Shown: positions 49,616 to 60,827, counted from the first letter of the stretch. The stretch is DNA of 64,000 bases from Methanosarcinales archaeon (GCA_026016205.1 CP061209.1:378330-442329); one strand, 5' to 3'. Translations and numbers: made by a program. Notes: generated by a model not told the origin, from the letters alone.

Positions 49616-50191
49616 ATGGCGGAACAAATCGAATATTACACCGAGGCGCGCTGGAATAACTGGGTTAAACGGGCAAGGGAGAGCGGCTTCAGCCTTGCTG
49701 ACCCCAAGAATGCGCCAGATGCCACCATCTTCGTCAACATGGAGGAGGATGTGGTGCTGGCATGCCTAAAAATCGTGAATAAGTTTGAAAAAGGAAAGCT
49801 CTCTGCAGAGGAAGCGCTGGGTGCCATTAAGTACATGGAAAAAATAACCCTTGCCAGGCTAGAGCCTATCAGCGAGGACGTCGACATGATGATTCAGTCG
49901 ATTCAGTCATCGTTAGTTGCTGTTTTCGGCTCGTGTCAATGCTACATCGAGGGCAAGTATGAGCCGGGGACCATTGATGATTTGATTGAGAGGGCGGCAG
50001 AGGCAGAAAAAAGAGGAGATGAAGCGACTGCGCTGGGATTAATCAGCCAGGTGGGGGCGAAGATAGTTGCTGGCCAGCCATTTGAGTTCAACAAGGAATT
50101 GTCACCGGGATGCCTTGCTGAGTGGATTGATGGTTTGGATTCAATAAGCGCTGCCATGGTCGGCAATGACAGTTATAAAGATGATGGGTAG
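49616..50191 (+). CDS. conserved archaeal hypothetical protein (possibly DUF2150)
   Basis: 191-aa acidic helical protein. The family assignment is from memory only. Confidence 0.35.
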   Translation: MAEQIEYYTEARWNNWVKRARESGFSLADPKNAPDATIFVNMEEDVVLACLKIVNKFEKGKLSAEEALGAIKYMEKITLARLEPISEDVDMMIQSIQSSLVAVFGSCQCYIEGKYEPGTIDDLIERAAEAEKRGDEATALGLISQVGAKIVAGQPFEFNKELSPGCLAEWIDGLDSISAAMVGNDSYKDDG

Positions 50192-50195
50192 CACA

Positions 50196-51362
50196 TCATA
50201 TTTTCTTAAAAAGGCGCGCTTGAAGTCCGTAAAACTTTGCATATCCTTCCGCCGCTTTTGAATCAAGCATCTTGGCATCAAAGGATACGAGCTCTTTTGA
50301 GTATAATGCCTTTGGGGATTTTCTGGCAACCACTCTTGCGTTGCCTTTAAGGAGTTGTACCTTAACCTCTCCGGTTACTCGTTCTTGTGTCTTGTCGATG
50401 AGCGTACTAAGGTCAGTAAACAAGGGGTCATCTACTAGGCCATGATATGCCAGCTCAGCCCATTTAGCATCTACCAGCATCTTAAATTTAATTTCATCGC
50501 GCGTCAAGACTAATTGCTCCAGGTCTTTATGCGCCGTAAGCAGGATCGTTGCAGCCGGATGCTCGTAATTTTCCCTCGCCTTCAGGCCAAGAATTCTATC
50601 TTCAATAATGTCAGTTCTACCTACGCCATGCTGGCCACCAATTTCATTCAGTCTCTGAATTAGAGCCACGCCATCCATCCTTTTGCCATTTAAAGCGACA
50701 GGAACGCCTCTTTCGAATCCAATCTCCATAATTGTGGGGCGATTGGGTGTTTTTTCCAGTGGCGCAGTCCATTGAAATATCTCTTCTGGCGGCACATAAC
50801 TTGGATCTTCCAGCTCGCCGCCTTCAATGCTCCTGCTCCATAGATTCTCATCCACGCTCCATGGTTTCGCCTTTGTGACTGAGACCGGGATATCATGTGC
50901 CTTTGCATACTCAATTTCCTCTTCCCGCGTTAGATTCAAGTCACGCATCGGTGCGATGACATCCAGATTTGTGGCTCTAAACACGGCCTCGAAGCGAAAT
51001 TGATCATTTCCCTTGCCGGTACAGCCGTGTGCGAGGGCATCTGCCTTCTCCTTAAGCGCAACCTCTACAGTCTTCTTTGCAATCAGCGGGCGAGCAAGCG
51101 CAGTCCCAAGAACATATCCTTCGTAATTGCCATTCGCCTTGATGGCTGGAAAAATGTAGTCATGCACGAACTCGTCTTTAGCGTCGATGGTGTAGTGCTT
51201 GTCACTAAACTTTTTCCCCTTCTTTTCCGCTTCTTTTAGGTCTGGCTGTCCTACATCGGTGGTCACCGTAACTACACTGTCAAAGCCATAGTGCTCTCTC
51301 AGCAGGGGGATGCAAACCGAAGTATCTAAACCGCCAGAATAGGATAACACTACTTTCTTCAT
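50196..51362 (-). CDS. argG: argininosuccinate synthase
   Basis: [29 protein letters not shown]. Start moved to MKKVVL. Confidence 0.93.
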   Translation of the reverse strand: MKKVVLSYSGGLDTSVCIPLLREHYGFDSVVTVTTDVGQPDLKEAEKKGKKFSDKHYTIDAKDEFVHDYIFPAIKANGNYEGYVLGTALARPLIAKKTVEVALKEKADALAHGCTGKGNDQFRFEAVFRATNLDVIAPMRDLNLTREEEIEYAKAHDIPVSVTKAKPWSVDENLWSRSIEGGELEDPSYVPPEEIFQWTAPLEKTPNRPTIMEIGFERGVPVALNGKRMDGVALIQRLNEIGGQHGVGRTDIIEDRILGLKARENYEHPAATILLTAHKDLEQLVLTRDEIKFKMLVDAKWAELAYHGLVDDPLFTDLSTLIDKTQERVTGEVKVQLLKGNARVVARKSPKALYSKELVSFDAKMLDSKAAEGYAKFYGLQARLFKKI

Positions 51363-51381
51363 TCTCAATTCCCCTGCGAGT

Positions 51382-54300
51382 TTATCGATTAAATAACTCA
51401 CGGTGATACTCATGTATCGATTTGATCGTAGTTTTCCCTTTTTTAATAGCAACTATTGCGTTTGCTGCTGCCCTTGCTGCCTGTATTGTCGTGATGTATG
51501 GGATATTGTAATCCACGGCTGCACGCCTGATTTCATGGCCATCCTTGAGGGCTGCTTTGGAGGTTGGCGTGTTGATAACTAGATTTATGTCCCCTTTTCT
51601 CATCATATCTGTTACATTTGGGCTGCCCTCGTGTATCTTCTGGATGACATCTATCTTAATGCCCCGCTCAGTTAGGTAGTGCGCCGTTCCTGCAGTGCCA
51701 ATCAACGTAAGGCCAATGTCTTGCATTTTCTTGGCAATATCCACCAATGCAGGTTTGTCCTCGTCTCTGCCGGAGATGAACACCGTCCCTTTTGTTGGAA
51801 GCGGATTGTCTGCACTTAGCTCTGCCTTGAAGAAGGCCTTGGCGAAGTCGTAATCGATACCCATGACCTCGCCCGTGCTCCTCATCTCTGGGCCCAATAT
51901 TGGATCTGCGCCTGGCAGTTTGTCAAATGGAAGTACAACCTCTTTGACGGAAACTTGTTTGATTTTCGGCTCTTCAGCGAAGCCTAACTCCTTGAGCGCA
52001 TGTCCTATCATCACCTTGGCAGCGATCTTCGCCAGCGGAACACCGGTCGCCTTGGCTACGTATGGAATCGTCCTGCTTGATCTGGGGTTTGCCTCGAGAA
52101 CGTACACCACGTCATCCTTCACAGCCATTTGGATGTTGACCAAACCTTTAACCTCTAATGCGAGTGCAATCCGCTTGACGTAATCTCGTACGGTTTGCAG
52201 CGTTTTTTCACTAAGTGATTGCGGTGGAATCACGCAGGCAGAATCGCCAGAATGTATACCTGCCTCTTCAATATGCTCCATTATGGCGCCAATCAACACA
52301 TCTTTTCCGTCTGAAACGGCATCTACATCTATCTCAACTGCACCCTGTAAAAAGTGGTCCACCAGCACCGGATGCTCATGCGACACCCTAACGGCTTCGC
52401 GCATGTATCGTTCTAGGTCCACATCATCATATACGATTTCCATCGCCCTGCCGCCCAGAACATATGACGGGCGAACCAGCACAGGATAACCTATCCGCTT
52501 GGCGATTTCTTTTGCATCATCTAAGGCAGTGGCACTGCCGCTGTCAGGTTGTGGAATGTTCAATTTCTTGAGCAGTTTGCTGAACAAATCTCTATCCTCT
52601 GCAATATCCATCGAGGCGGGAGAAGTGCCGAGAATTACCGTTTTTAAATCGGGCCGGCGCTTCAGTTCCTGCTCCAGTGGAACAGCAAGATTCACCGATG
52701 TCTGGCCGCCGAACTGGACCATCACCCCATAAGGACGCTCAACCTCGATTACGTTAATCACATCCTCTAACGTCAGCGGCTCGAAGAAGAGTTTATCAGA
52801 CGTGTCGTAGTCCGTGGATACCGTCTCTGGATTATTGTTGATGATATGAGCTTCGATACCCTCCTCTCTGAGAGCCAGAACAGCATGTACGGTGCAATAG
52901 TCAAACTCGATGCCTTGCCCGATGCGGATGGGGCCTGCACCTATAATTAACACCTTTTTTTTATCAGACGGCACCACCTCGCATTGTGTTTCATATGCTG
53001 AGTAGTAGTAAGGTGTCTTTGCCTCAAATTCCGCGGCGCAGGTATCGACCATCTTATAGGTAACATTTATCTTGGATTTTCTGCGCAGCTCGTTGATTTC
53101 CTCACGTTTTCTTCCCGTTAGTTCTGCAATTCGCTCATCAGTAAAGCCCATGCGTTTAGCTACGCGCAACGTCTCGGTGGATAAATCCTTATTCAACACA
53201 TCCTCCATGTCGATGATGTTCTTGAGCTTCGTGATGAAGAACGGGTCAATCTTTGACAGCCTGGCAATCTCCTCAACGCTAAACCCGTGTCGCAGCGCAT
53301 AATATATGACGAACAAACGTTCATCGGTTGGTTTCTGGAATAGTGCTCTTATTTCTTCCTCGTTCCACTGACCATCTCCTAATTGCATATCTATGTCCAG
53401 CGAGCGCATGGCCTTCAGCAAAGCCTCCTCGAGAGTTCTGCCAATCGCCATCACTTCACCAGTGCTCTTCATGGCTGTCGTGAGCGTCCTGTCCGCGGTG
53501 ACGAACTTGTCGAAGGGCCATCTTGGTATCTTGAGCACGGTATAGTCTATGGTTGGCTCAAACGATGCGGTAGTTTCCTCGGTCACGTCGTTTGGTATTT
53601 CGTCTAGCTCCAAGCCAATCGCTATCTTCGTAGCCACTCTCGCGATGGGGTATCCCGTAGCCTTGGAGGCAAGTGCTGACGAGCGCGAAACCCTTGGGTT
53701 GACTTCAATGACTCTGTACTCATCGTCCCGGAGCGCAAATTGGACGTTGCATCCTCCCTCGATGCCTAACGCTCTGATAATCTTGATGGCAGCGCTCCGC
53801 AACATCTGGTGCTCAGTATCGGTGAGGGTTTGCACAGGTGCTACGACGATGGACTCGCCGGTATGAATGCCCATCGGGTCAACGTTCTCCATACTGCACA
53901 CCGTGATGCATGTGTCCTTTGCATCCCTCATCACCTCATACTCGATCTCCTTCCAGCCAAGCACACTCTCCTCGATTAGCACCTGGTGAATCCTGGAGCG
54001 CTTTAGCCCCTTTTCCACAATATCCCGTAACTCATCTTCGGTCCTGGCAACCCCACTCCCATATCCGCCCAACGTATAAGCGGGCCTGATAATCACGGGG
54101 AGCCCTAATTCTCTCGCAACGTCTATTGCTTCTTCTATTGACAAAACTGCCCTGCTTCTTGGAACTTTCTCGCCAATGCGTTCCATTGCATGCTTGAATC
54201 TATCCCGATCCTCGGTATCATAAATTGCTTCCAGTGGCGTGCCCAAAACCTTGACATCATATTTATCAAGAACGCCTTTTTCAGCGAGCTCGGAGGTAAT

Positions 54301-54591
54301 GTTCAATCCTGTCTGCCCGCCCATTCCTGCAAGAACACCGTCTGGCCGTTCCTTCGCGATTATTTCTGCGACGATTTCAGCACGTAAAGGCTCGATGTAG
54401 ATTGTATCCGCCGTCTCAGGGTCTGTCATAATGGTTGCGGGATTTGAATTGACGAGCACGACGCTTACGCCCTCTTCTCGAAGCGCCTTGCATGCCTGCG
54501 TACCGGAAAAGTCGAACTCTGCTGCCTGTCCAATCTGGATGGGGCCTGAGCCAATTATTAGGACTTTCTTGATGTCCGGACGCTTAGGCAT
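51382..54591 (-). CDS. carB: carbamoyl-phosphate synthase large subunit
   Basis: 1069 aa with duplicated ATP-grasp halves ([19 protein letters not shown] / [17 protein letters not shown]) and a C-terminal MGS-like domain. Confidence 0.95.
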   Translation of the reverse strand: MPKRPDIKKVLIIGSGPIQIGQAAEFDFSGTQACKALREEGVSVVLVNSNPATIMTDPETADTIYIEPLRAEIVAEIIAKERPDGVLAGMGGQTGLNITSELAEKGVLDKYDVKVLGTPLEAIYDTEDRDRFKHAMERIGEKVPRSRAVLSIEEAIDVARELGLPVIIRPAYTLGGYGSGVARTEDELRDIVEKGLKRSRIHQVLIEESVLGWKEIEYEVMRDAKDTCITVCSMENVDPMGIHTGESIVVAPVQTLTDTEHQMLRSAAIKIIRALGIEGGCNVQFALRDDEYRVIEVNPRVSRSSALASKATGYPIARVATKIAIGLELDEIPNDVTEETTASFEPTIDYTVLKIPRWPFDKFVTADRTLTTAMKSTGEVMAIGRTLEEALLKAMRSLDIDMQLGDGQWNEEEIRALFQKPTDERLFVIYYALRHGFSVEEIARLSKIDPFFITKLKNIIDMEDVLNKDLSTETLRVAKRMGFTDERIAELTGRKREEINELRRKSKINVTYKMVDTCAAEFEAKTPYYYSAYETQCEVVPSDKKKVLIIGAGPIRIGQGIEFDYCTVHAVLALREEGIEAHIINNNPETVSTDYDTSDKLFFEPLTLEDVINVIEVERPYGVMVQFGGQTSVNLAVPLEQELKRRPDLKTVILGTSPASMDIAEDRDLFSKLLKKLNIPQPDSGSATALDDAKEIAKRIGYPVLVRPSYVLGGRAMEIVYDDVDLERYMREAVRVSHEHPVLVDHFLQGAVEIDVDAVSDGKDVLIGAIMEHIEEAGIHSGDSACVIPPQSLSEKTLQTVRDYVKRIALALEVKGLVNIQMAVKDDVVYVLEANPRSSRTIPYVAKATGVPLAKIAAKVMIGHALKELGFAEEPKIKQVSVKEVVLPFDKLPGADPILGPEMRSTGEVMGIDYDFAKAFFKAELSADNPLPTKGTVFISGRDEDKPALVDIAKKMQDIGLTLIGTAGTAHYLTERGIKIDVIQKIHEGSPNVTDMMRKGDINLVINTPTSKAALKDGHEIRRAAVDYNIPYITTIQAARAAANAIVAIKKGKTTIKSIHEYHRELFNR

Positions 54592-55663
54592 CGCATCCCC
54601 CGATAATTTTCATAAAAGCATCAAATGAGAATTCCACATCCCTTGGGCTTGGCACTACTTCTGGGTAGTATTGAGCGCTCATAATCGGTAGAGATGTGTG
54701 TCTTAGCCCCTCGACTGTACCATCATTCACATTTACCTGTGTGACACGCAGCTCGGTATCATTCAATGAGTCCGGATCCACAGCAAACCCATGATTTTGA
54801 GAAGTAATATATATCTTTCCAGTATCGACATCTTTTACAGGTTGATTCGCACCTCTATGACCAAACTTGAGTTTGTATGTCTTGGCACCAAGGGCGAGCG
54901 CTATAACCTGATGGCCCAAACCAATGCCAAATATCGGAATTTTACCGACAAGGTCATTTGCGATAGAGATGGCATTCTTTGCCTGCATGGGATCACCTGG
55001 GCCATTGGATAACAGCAACGCATCCGGCTCGTACTCTTGAATCTGCGTTGGAGTGGCATCAGCCGGAACGACAACGACATCCACGCCTCTCTGGCTCAAA
55101 CCAGATAAGATACTTCGCTTGACTCCTAGGTCCATCACGACAAACCGCTTTCCATGTCCTTTGATTTGATACGGCTCAGCACATGTCACTTTAGAAATCA
55201 AGTCCAGTTCAGAGATGGGGTTTTGCTCTTTGGCAAGTTTGATAGCCCTATCGCCATCATCATCTCCTACGATTAATGCCGCCCTCATTGCTCCTTTCTC
55301 TCGCGTAAGTATCGTAAGCATCCTCGTGTCCACATCACAGATGCCCGGTATGCCTTCTTTCTTCAAGAATTTGTGAAGCGTACTCTTTGATTTGGAGTGC
55401 GATGGATGATTGCAAACCTCTCTTACAACAAAACCTTCGGCTTTTATCCCCTCTGATTGAAAATTCTCATAACTGACGCCATAGTTTCCAATGAGCGGAT
55501 ATGTCATCATCAGAATCTGGCCGTTATATGATGGATCTGTCAGCGCTTCTTCATATCCAGTAAAAGACGTTGCAAAAACAAGCTCTCCGAGGGCAACCCC
55601 CTCTGCACCAAAACCTTTTCCCTTGATGACCGTTCCATCTTCAAGTCCTAGTACCGCTTTCAT
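54584..55663 (-). CDS. carA: carbamoyl-phosphate synthase small subunit with a degenerate glutaminase triad
   Basis: Full-length CarA layout (LSNGPGDP, KFGHRGANQPV, SQNHGFAV), but GIGLGHQ replaces GICLGHQ and QYYPE replaces Q.HPE. Confidence 0.88.
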   Translation of the reverse strand: MKAVLGLEDGTVIKGKGFGAEGVALGELVFATSFTGYEEALTDPSYNGQILMMTYPLIGNYGVSYENFQSEGIKAEGFVVREVCNHPSHSKSKSTLHKFLKKEGIPGICDVDTRMLTILTREKGAMRAALIVGDDDGDRAIKLAKEQNPISELDLISKVTCAEPYQIKGHGKRFVVMDLGVKRSILSGLSQRGVDVVVVPADATPTQIQEYEPDALLLSNGPGDPMQAKNAISIANDLVGKIPIFGIGLGHQVIALALGAKTYKLKFGHRGANQPVKDVDTGKIYITSQNHGFAVDPDSLNDTELRVTQVNVNDGTVEGLRHTSLPIMSAQYYPEVVPSPRDVEFSFDAFMKIIGGCDA

Positions 55664-55765
55664 TCCGTGCCCTCTCATACATATCATACAAACGTTAATA
55701 CTTTACGGCAATTATGGAAAAGGTATAGATAAAAGTAGGGATGAGTGTAAATTGGAGACGTGTAA

Positions 55766-56575
55766 TTGCGGGTTGCGCTTAAATTGGCATATTTAGGAGA
55801 TAGGTACCATGGCTTTCAGGTCCAGCCAGACGTTCCAACTATTGAGGGAACGTTGTTCAAAGCGCTGAAAAAGTTGGGAATTGTTAACAATCCAAAAAAG
55901 GCAAAATATTCGGCTTCAGGAAGGACGGACAGAGGGGTTCATGCGCTGGAACAGGTGGTCGCGTTTAATACAACGTCCAATCTGGTAACGCCCAGAATCA
56001 TAAATAATGAGCTGCCAGATGATATATGGGTGTGGGCAAGGGCGAAGGTTTCAGGGACATTTGACCCGAGACGAAAGGCAATTAGCCGGGAGTATAGGTA
56101 CATCCTGTATGGCAAAGGGCTGGAAATTTCCAAGATGAGGCATGCGTCCGAGTTGTTACTGGGCACACATGATTTTGCGAATTTTGCAACGATAGATGAA
56201 GATAAAAGCACAAAGCGCACCGTAAAACGCATCGAAATCAGGGTAGTCGGACCGTTCATAATACTGGATATCGTTGCCAATAGTTTTGCGCAGCATATGG
56301 TGCGAAAGATTATAACTGGATTGAGCATGGTGGGTGCTGGCGCAAGGGATGAAGAATGGCTAAGAAACATGCTGGAGCCAGATAAGTATAAAGAGGGCAT
56401 AGAGCCCGCCCCTCCTTTTGGCCTGATACTTAGAAAGGTCAATTACACTGGAATTTCATTTAGAGAAGAAGAATACGCTAAAGCGAGAGCGAGGAGAGAA
56501 CTTCAAGATAAGCGCCTCTTCTACGGCACCATGGCAGAAGTGCTTAAAGATATGAGGGATGCCATGGGGCATTGA
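55766..56575 (+). CDS. truA: tRNA pseudouridine(38-40) synthase TruA
   Basis: ALKLAYLGDRYHGFQ, catalytic SGRTDRGVHAL. TTG start. Confidence 0.9.
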   Translation: MRVALKLAYLGDRYHGFQVQPDVPTIEGTLFKALKKLGIVNNPKKAKYSASGRTDRGVHALEQVVAFNTTSNLVTPRIINNELPDDIWVWARAKVSGTFDPRRKAISREYRYILYGKGLEISKMRHASELLLGTHDFANFATIDEDKSTKRTVKRIEIRVVGPFIILDIVANSFAQHMVRKIITGLSMVGAGARDEEWLRNMLEPDKYKEGIEPAPPFGLILRKVNYTGISFREEEYAKARARRELQDKRLFYGTMAEVLKDMRDAMGH

Positions 56576-56576
56576 G

Positions 56577-57854
56577 TTATTTAGAACGCCCTTCTTCTAT
56601 CCGTATTCCAGCAGCGTCGAAAACCTTTTTCACGCCTTCATTATCAGGTTTGGCGTCCAGCAGGAAGGCTATTTCCTCCGGTTTCAGGTCCAGTAGTGCA
56701 GAAATCCGGGCAGCATGCTCAACGTCCCTGAAGAGTATCTTAAAAAATGAAATCAGGTCAGAGCGGGCATAGCGCTGCGACACGTGGCAGTGCTTTCCTA
56801 TCTTGGCTGCCACAGAATCTCGTATCGCCCTTGCCGATTTTGCCCGTCCCAGTTTCCGCCATGTTGAAGGTGGCTGGTAAGGTACGAATTTATAGTGTGC
56901 CTGTGATTTAGCGGCTTGAATCCCATTCACCATCATATCATTGGCATAACGCCACATGCCGTAATTTTGTCGGCGCCTAACCCTGCCAAGGAATACATCT
57001 GCTCTGGACAAACACTCAAAGCCGTCAGCAAGGTCCTTGCCTTCATACTCCTTGGGCAGATTTTCGTCCAACCAGTGAATAAAATCCTCTGGGCTTTCGT
57101 CCAGGGTATACACAGCTGACCGCACCTCTTTTGGAGTATTATCCTTAAATATTTTAGCCAGAACCTTGAAAATCGACTCCTTGGTATCACGTATGCCAAC
57201 CGATATGTCATCAATGGTGACTTTCTTCCTGCCCTGCGAAAGCGCCTGCAAGTCGTTAATTGCAGACCTGAAATCTGGCGCATTGGTTGCAATGGCCTCC
57301 AACGTATTAATATCGCAATCGATGCCTTCTTGATGGCATATCTTTCCTAACAAGGGAACGACTGTCTTGCTCTGGACGGCCCTAAACTGAATGGACTTGC
57401 ACAAACCCCTGAGCGCCTTGGACATATCATAATATTCGTTTGCTATCAGCACGATGGGCTGATTTGCATTTTTTATCACCTCGCCAATTGCCCTGGTGCC
57501 ACCTCTATCTGCGTTACCGTGAATGTTGTCCGCCTCATCCAGGATGATTAACCTTCTGCCCTTCGTACCTTCAAAAGTGCCGGTAATGGCTGCCGTGCCT
57601 GCTACCTTCTTGATAATATCTGCCGTACGCTGGTCGCTGGCATTGAGTTCGATGGTGCTCCATCCCATATCATTGGCGAGCGCATAGACGGCAGAGGTCT
57701 TGCCAATGCCAGGTGGACCATATAGAATTGCGGCTTTTTTATCCTTTTTCCATTCTTCCGCCCATTTTTTTAGTTCAGCAATAGCTTTACTATTTCCAGT
57801 CACTTCACTCAGTGTTTTTGGGCGGTATTTTTCGGTCCATTCAACTTGCATCAT
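56577..57854 (-). CDS. rfcL: replication factor C large subunit
   Basis: WTEKYRPKTLSEV, GPPGIGKTS, ILDEADNI. Confidence 0.9.
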   Translation of the reverse strand: MMQVEWTEKYRPKTLSEVTGNSKAIAELKKWAEEWKKDKKAAILYGPPGIGKTSAVYALANDMGWSTIELNASDQRTADIIKKVAGTAAITGTFEGTKGRRLIILDEADNIHGNADRGGTRAIGEVIKNANQPIVLIANEYYDMSKALRGLCKSIQFRAVQSKTVVPLLGKICHQEGIDCDINTLEAIATNAPDFRSAINDLQALSQGRKKVTIDDISVGIRDTKESIFKVLAKIFKDNTPKEVRSAVYTLDESPEDFIHWLDENLPKEYEGKDLADGFECLSRADVFLGRVRRRQNYGMWRYANDMMVNGIQAAKSQAHYKFVPYQPPSTWRKLGRAKSARAIRDSVAAKIGKHCHVSQRYARSDLISFFKILFRDVEHAARISALLDLKPEEIAFLLDAKPDNEGVKKVFDAAGIRIEEGRSK

Positions 57855-57902
57855 TGCATATACAGTACGCAATCCATAAGTAAATTAAGGTTCGTCATCA
57901 TA

Positions 57903-58496
57903 ATGAGTTGTATGAGTGATTGGCCAGTTGTGAAGGGTGATTATCAAGTTGGAAATGGCAAATCCAGAATTTGCGTGGTTACGCTTGCAAGCCATTTTGA
58001 GCTTGCATCAGAGTACATGAAGAAAGTTGCTCTCATTGGCCCCTGCCATACCGAGAATCTTGGAATAGAAAAAATCATAGCAAATGTAGTGTCAAATCCA
58101 AACATACGGTTTATATTGATTTGCGGGGAAGAATCCAGGGGGCATATGAGTGGCAATACGTTAAGGGCAATTCACGCTAATGGTATCGATGGCAACGGAA
58201 GAATTATTGGTTCAGAGGGGGCAATCCCATTCATTGAGAATATCTCTGAGGCTGCCGTTAAAAGGTTTCAAGCCCAGGTCCAGCTCATTGATAGAACTGG
58301 TGAAACTGACAAGGGGAAGATATTACAGATTATAGAAGAATATCACAACAAGGGCAATGTATTTTCAGAGCCCCCCATGGTCGTTCAGGCAGGGAAAAAG
58401 AAGAGGAAAAGGGAGAGATTGGAGATAAACGGCACAGGAGATGTCGTAATATCAAAGGATGTATCATTGGATACCAGTAGCGGCATCATTGCGTGA
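57903..58496 (+). CDS. mtxA: MtrA-like corrinoid protein, soluble paralog (MtxA-type)
   Basis: WPVVKGDY.VGN, LIGPCHTENLGIEKI and ILICGEESRGHMSGNTLRAIHANGID parallel MtrA, including the His of the cobalt-ligand region. There is no C-terminal TM helix; the tail is basic (KKKRKRER). Confidence 0.75.
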   Translation: MSCMSDWPVVKGDYQVGNGKSRICVVTLASHFELASEYMKKVALIGPCHTENLGIEKIIANVVSNPNIRFILICGEESRGHMSGNTLRAIHANGIDGNGRIIGSEGAIPFIENISEAAVKRFQAQVQLIDRTGETDKGKILQIIEEYHNKGNVFSEPPMVVQAGKKKRKRERLEINGTGDVVISKDVSLDTSSGIIA

Positions 58497-58505
58497 GGTA
58501 CCATA

Positions 58506-59438
58506 ATGTTCAGGTTTCAAACAGAGCAGAAAATAGTAAATATTGCAGGGGTGAAAATTGGCGGCCAACCGGGTGAGCTAGCCACTGTCTTGGCTGGTAC
58601 TATATTTTATCCCAATCATAAGATTGTCGAAGATGAGAGTAAAGGTCTCTTCAATAAAAAGAAGGCAGAAATCCTCATCAACAAACAATCTTCTTGTGCA
58701 GACGAAACAGGAAATCCTTCCATGGTTCACATTTTCGGGTCCAACGAGGTTGGTATTAAAAAGTACATCGACTTTGTCAGCGAGATTACGGAGGCACCCT
58801 TCCTGATTGATTCAACGGAAGCGCGTGTTAGGATAGAGGGGGTAAAGCATGCAACAGAAGTGGGACTTGCAGACAGGGCAATCAACAACTCGATTAACAT
58901 GGGCATCACCGATGATGAAATTGAGGCATTAACGCATTCAGATGTAGATGCATCGATTGTCATGGGCTTTAACGCGATGGATTCGTCCTTGGAGGGGCGC
59001 ATCGCTCTCCTGGAAAATGGTGCTAGCGTCACCGAGAAGGGATTACTCCAGATTGCAGAGGATTCTGGAATCTCGAAAATTTTGATAGACCCAAGCATCA
59101 CGCCGATGGGCAACGGTGCTGGCATTGCGCTGAGAATGACATTGGTGGCGAAGGCCAAGTGGGGCTTCCCTGCCGGCTCAGGGATTCACAACGCTCCTTC
59201 CTCCTGGAATTGGCTGAAAAACAAGAAGAAAGAGAATGACCTAATCTTCAAGGCATGCGATGTTGGCTCGATAGGATTGCAGCAGATGGCTGCCGGCGAC
59301 TTTATTTTATATGGCCCAATTGAGAACGCATCGTATGTATTTCCAATGGCAGCAATGGCAGACATCATGATAGCCGAGGCGGTAGCAGATTTTAACGTCA
59401 TCCCAGGAGAAGATCATCCAATAAACAAGTTGGTATGA
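58506..59438 (+). CDS. mtxH: MtrH-like methyl-H4MPT:corrinoid methyltransferase paralog (MtxH-type)
   Basis: MFRFQTEQKIVNIAGVKIGGQPGELATVLAGTIFY closely parallels the MtrH N-terminus; 310 aa. Confidence 0.8.
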   Translation: MFRFQTEQKIVNIAGVKIGGQPGELATVLAGTIFYPNHKIVEDESKGLFNKKKAEILINKQSSCADETGNPSMVHIFGSNEVGIKKYIDFVSEITEAPFLIDSTEARVRIEGVKHATEVGLADRAINNSINMGITDDEIEALTHSDVDASIVMGFNAMDSSLEGRIALLENGASVTEKGLLQIAEDSGISKILIDPSITPMGNGAGIALRMTLVAKAKWGFPAGSGIHNAPSSWNWLKNKKKENDLIFKACDVGSIGLQQMAAGDFILYGPIENASYVFPMAAMADIMIAEAVADFNVIPGEDHPINKLV

Positions 59439-59486
59439 ATTACGCGTCACATATTTAAGGCCATATGAGTTACAAGATATTCTAAG

Positions 59487-60524
59487 GTGGTAAACATTCC
59501 CAGCATAAGTAAAAAGATGCTTACCAGGAAACTGAAGAAGCTGATACAATCCTGCGAAGACAAAGGATTGGCCATCGTCATATGCGATGACCCTTCCTCA
59601 GATTCTCTGGCCAGCGCTTTGGCACTCAAGAGCATAGCAGAACACTTCCACACAGGCGCCAAGATATTTTATAGGGGAGACATTCAGAACAAAACCCTCT
59701 TTAATTTAATGGAGGAGGACCTCAACGTACTTCAGAGCGCCGCCGACATCAACGGTATGAAACTGGCTTTTGTAGGTGCTGTACCAAGCCAGTTGAAACA
59801 TATCACGCGTCCACCTTCAATTATAATCACACATTATGGGGGCGATACCCGGGATATAAAAGCAGAATTAAAGGACATCAGGTCTGATGTGGGAACGACA
59901 TCAAGTATACTCATTGAGTACTTAATGCGACTTAACATCACAGTTGACAAACAGCTAGCTGCTCAACTTTTATATGCGATTAGAGGTGCGACGAGGGGCT
60001 TAATAATCAACCTGCATGAATTTGACCTAAGGGCATACCTCCAGATTTTTCCGGATGCAGATATAGGTTTGTTAACGAGATTGGAGCATCCATCCGTAAA
60101 ATCAGAGACATTTGCAGATTTGGCGGAAGCCATCAAAAATAGGATGATAAAGGATACACATCTCGTGACGAGTGTAGGATATGCAAAAGATCCAAGTACA
60201 TTGTCAACGGTCTGTGATTATTTGCTGGACTTAGAGGGCATTTTAACGGTGCTGACATTTGCGATTGGCAAGACGAGCATCTATATTTATGCAAAATCCG
60301 AAAATATCGAGGCCAATATGAGAAATATGTTAGAGAAGATATTTGGCGTATGGGGGGACGCCAGAGGGACGCCGGTATATGCCTCTGTTGAAATACCACT
60401 GGGTGTGTTCGAAACCGTTCTTCAAGGGGAGAAAGATGCCACAAAATCTAAGGCGTTGCTGTTCGAATCGATAAAGAATGTAATCTCTTCCAAGTATTTT
60501 GCAGCGATGGAAACCAAAGAATGA
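59487..60524 (+). CDS. DHH/DHHA1-fold paralog with all catalytic motifs degenerate (pseudo-phosphoesterase)
   Basis: Collinear with residues about 170-500 of the 34623..36131 protein, but DPD->SSD, LVDVA->FVGAV, DHH->THY, RTDT->RGAT and GGH->RGT. Confidence 0.7.
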   Translation: MVNIPSISKKMLTRKLKKLIQSCEDKGLAIVICDDPSSDSLASALALKSIAEHFHTGAKIFYRGDIQNKTLFNLMEEDLNVLQSAADINGMKLAFVGAVPSQLKHITRPPSIIITHYGGDTRDIKAELKDIRSDVGTTSSILIEYLMRLNITVDKQLAAQLLYAIRGATRGLIINLHEFDLRAYLQIFPDADIGLLTRLEHPSVKSETFADLAEAIKNRMIKDTHLVTSVGYAKDPSTLSTVCDYLLDLEGILTVLTFAIGKTSIYIYAKSENIEANMRNMLEKIFGVWGDARGTPVYASVEIPLGVFETVLQGEKDATKSKALLFESIKNVISSKYFAAMETKE

Positions 60525-60616
60525 GCGCCAGCATCACTTCAGTGATTTGAAAGAGCGCTTTCGCGCACAAATTACGCAAACTCCTTCTGAAATACAATTG
60601 CTGCAGACAATATTCC

Positions 60617-60644
60617 CGCACAGGGAGCATGTGCGCATTTTTTT
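60617..60644 (+). terminator. hairpin plus T7 tract downstream of the DHH-like gene
   Basis: CGCACA-GGGAGCA-TGTGCG stem-loop, followed by CA and seven T residues. Confidence 0.4.
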
Positions 60645-60701
60645 CGCAACACTTCCACAGATAGCACATATTCCTGCAATCTCAAACATTCATACCTCTA
60701 A

Positions 60702-60827
60702 TCAGGAGGCTTGGTGAGGTGTGTAATATTCAGCTGCCATCCACTCACCCAGCTCCTTTTTCAGTTTCCTGAGTGCTTCCTCTTTTTGGGACTCAAGGTC
60801 ATACAATTGGGGTATATAGGAATCCAT
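60702..60827 (-). CDS. candidate 41-aa small protein
   Basis: Own translation: MDSYIPQLYDLESQKEEALRKLKKELGEWMAAEYYTPHQAS. This is the only clean ORF in the 415-nt intergenic gap, and nothing else supports it. Confidence 0.25.
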   Translation of the reverse strand: MDSYIPQLYDLESQKEEALRKLKKELGEWMAAEYYTPHQAS

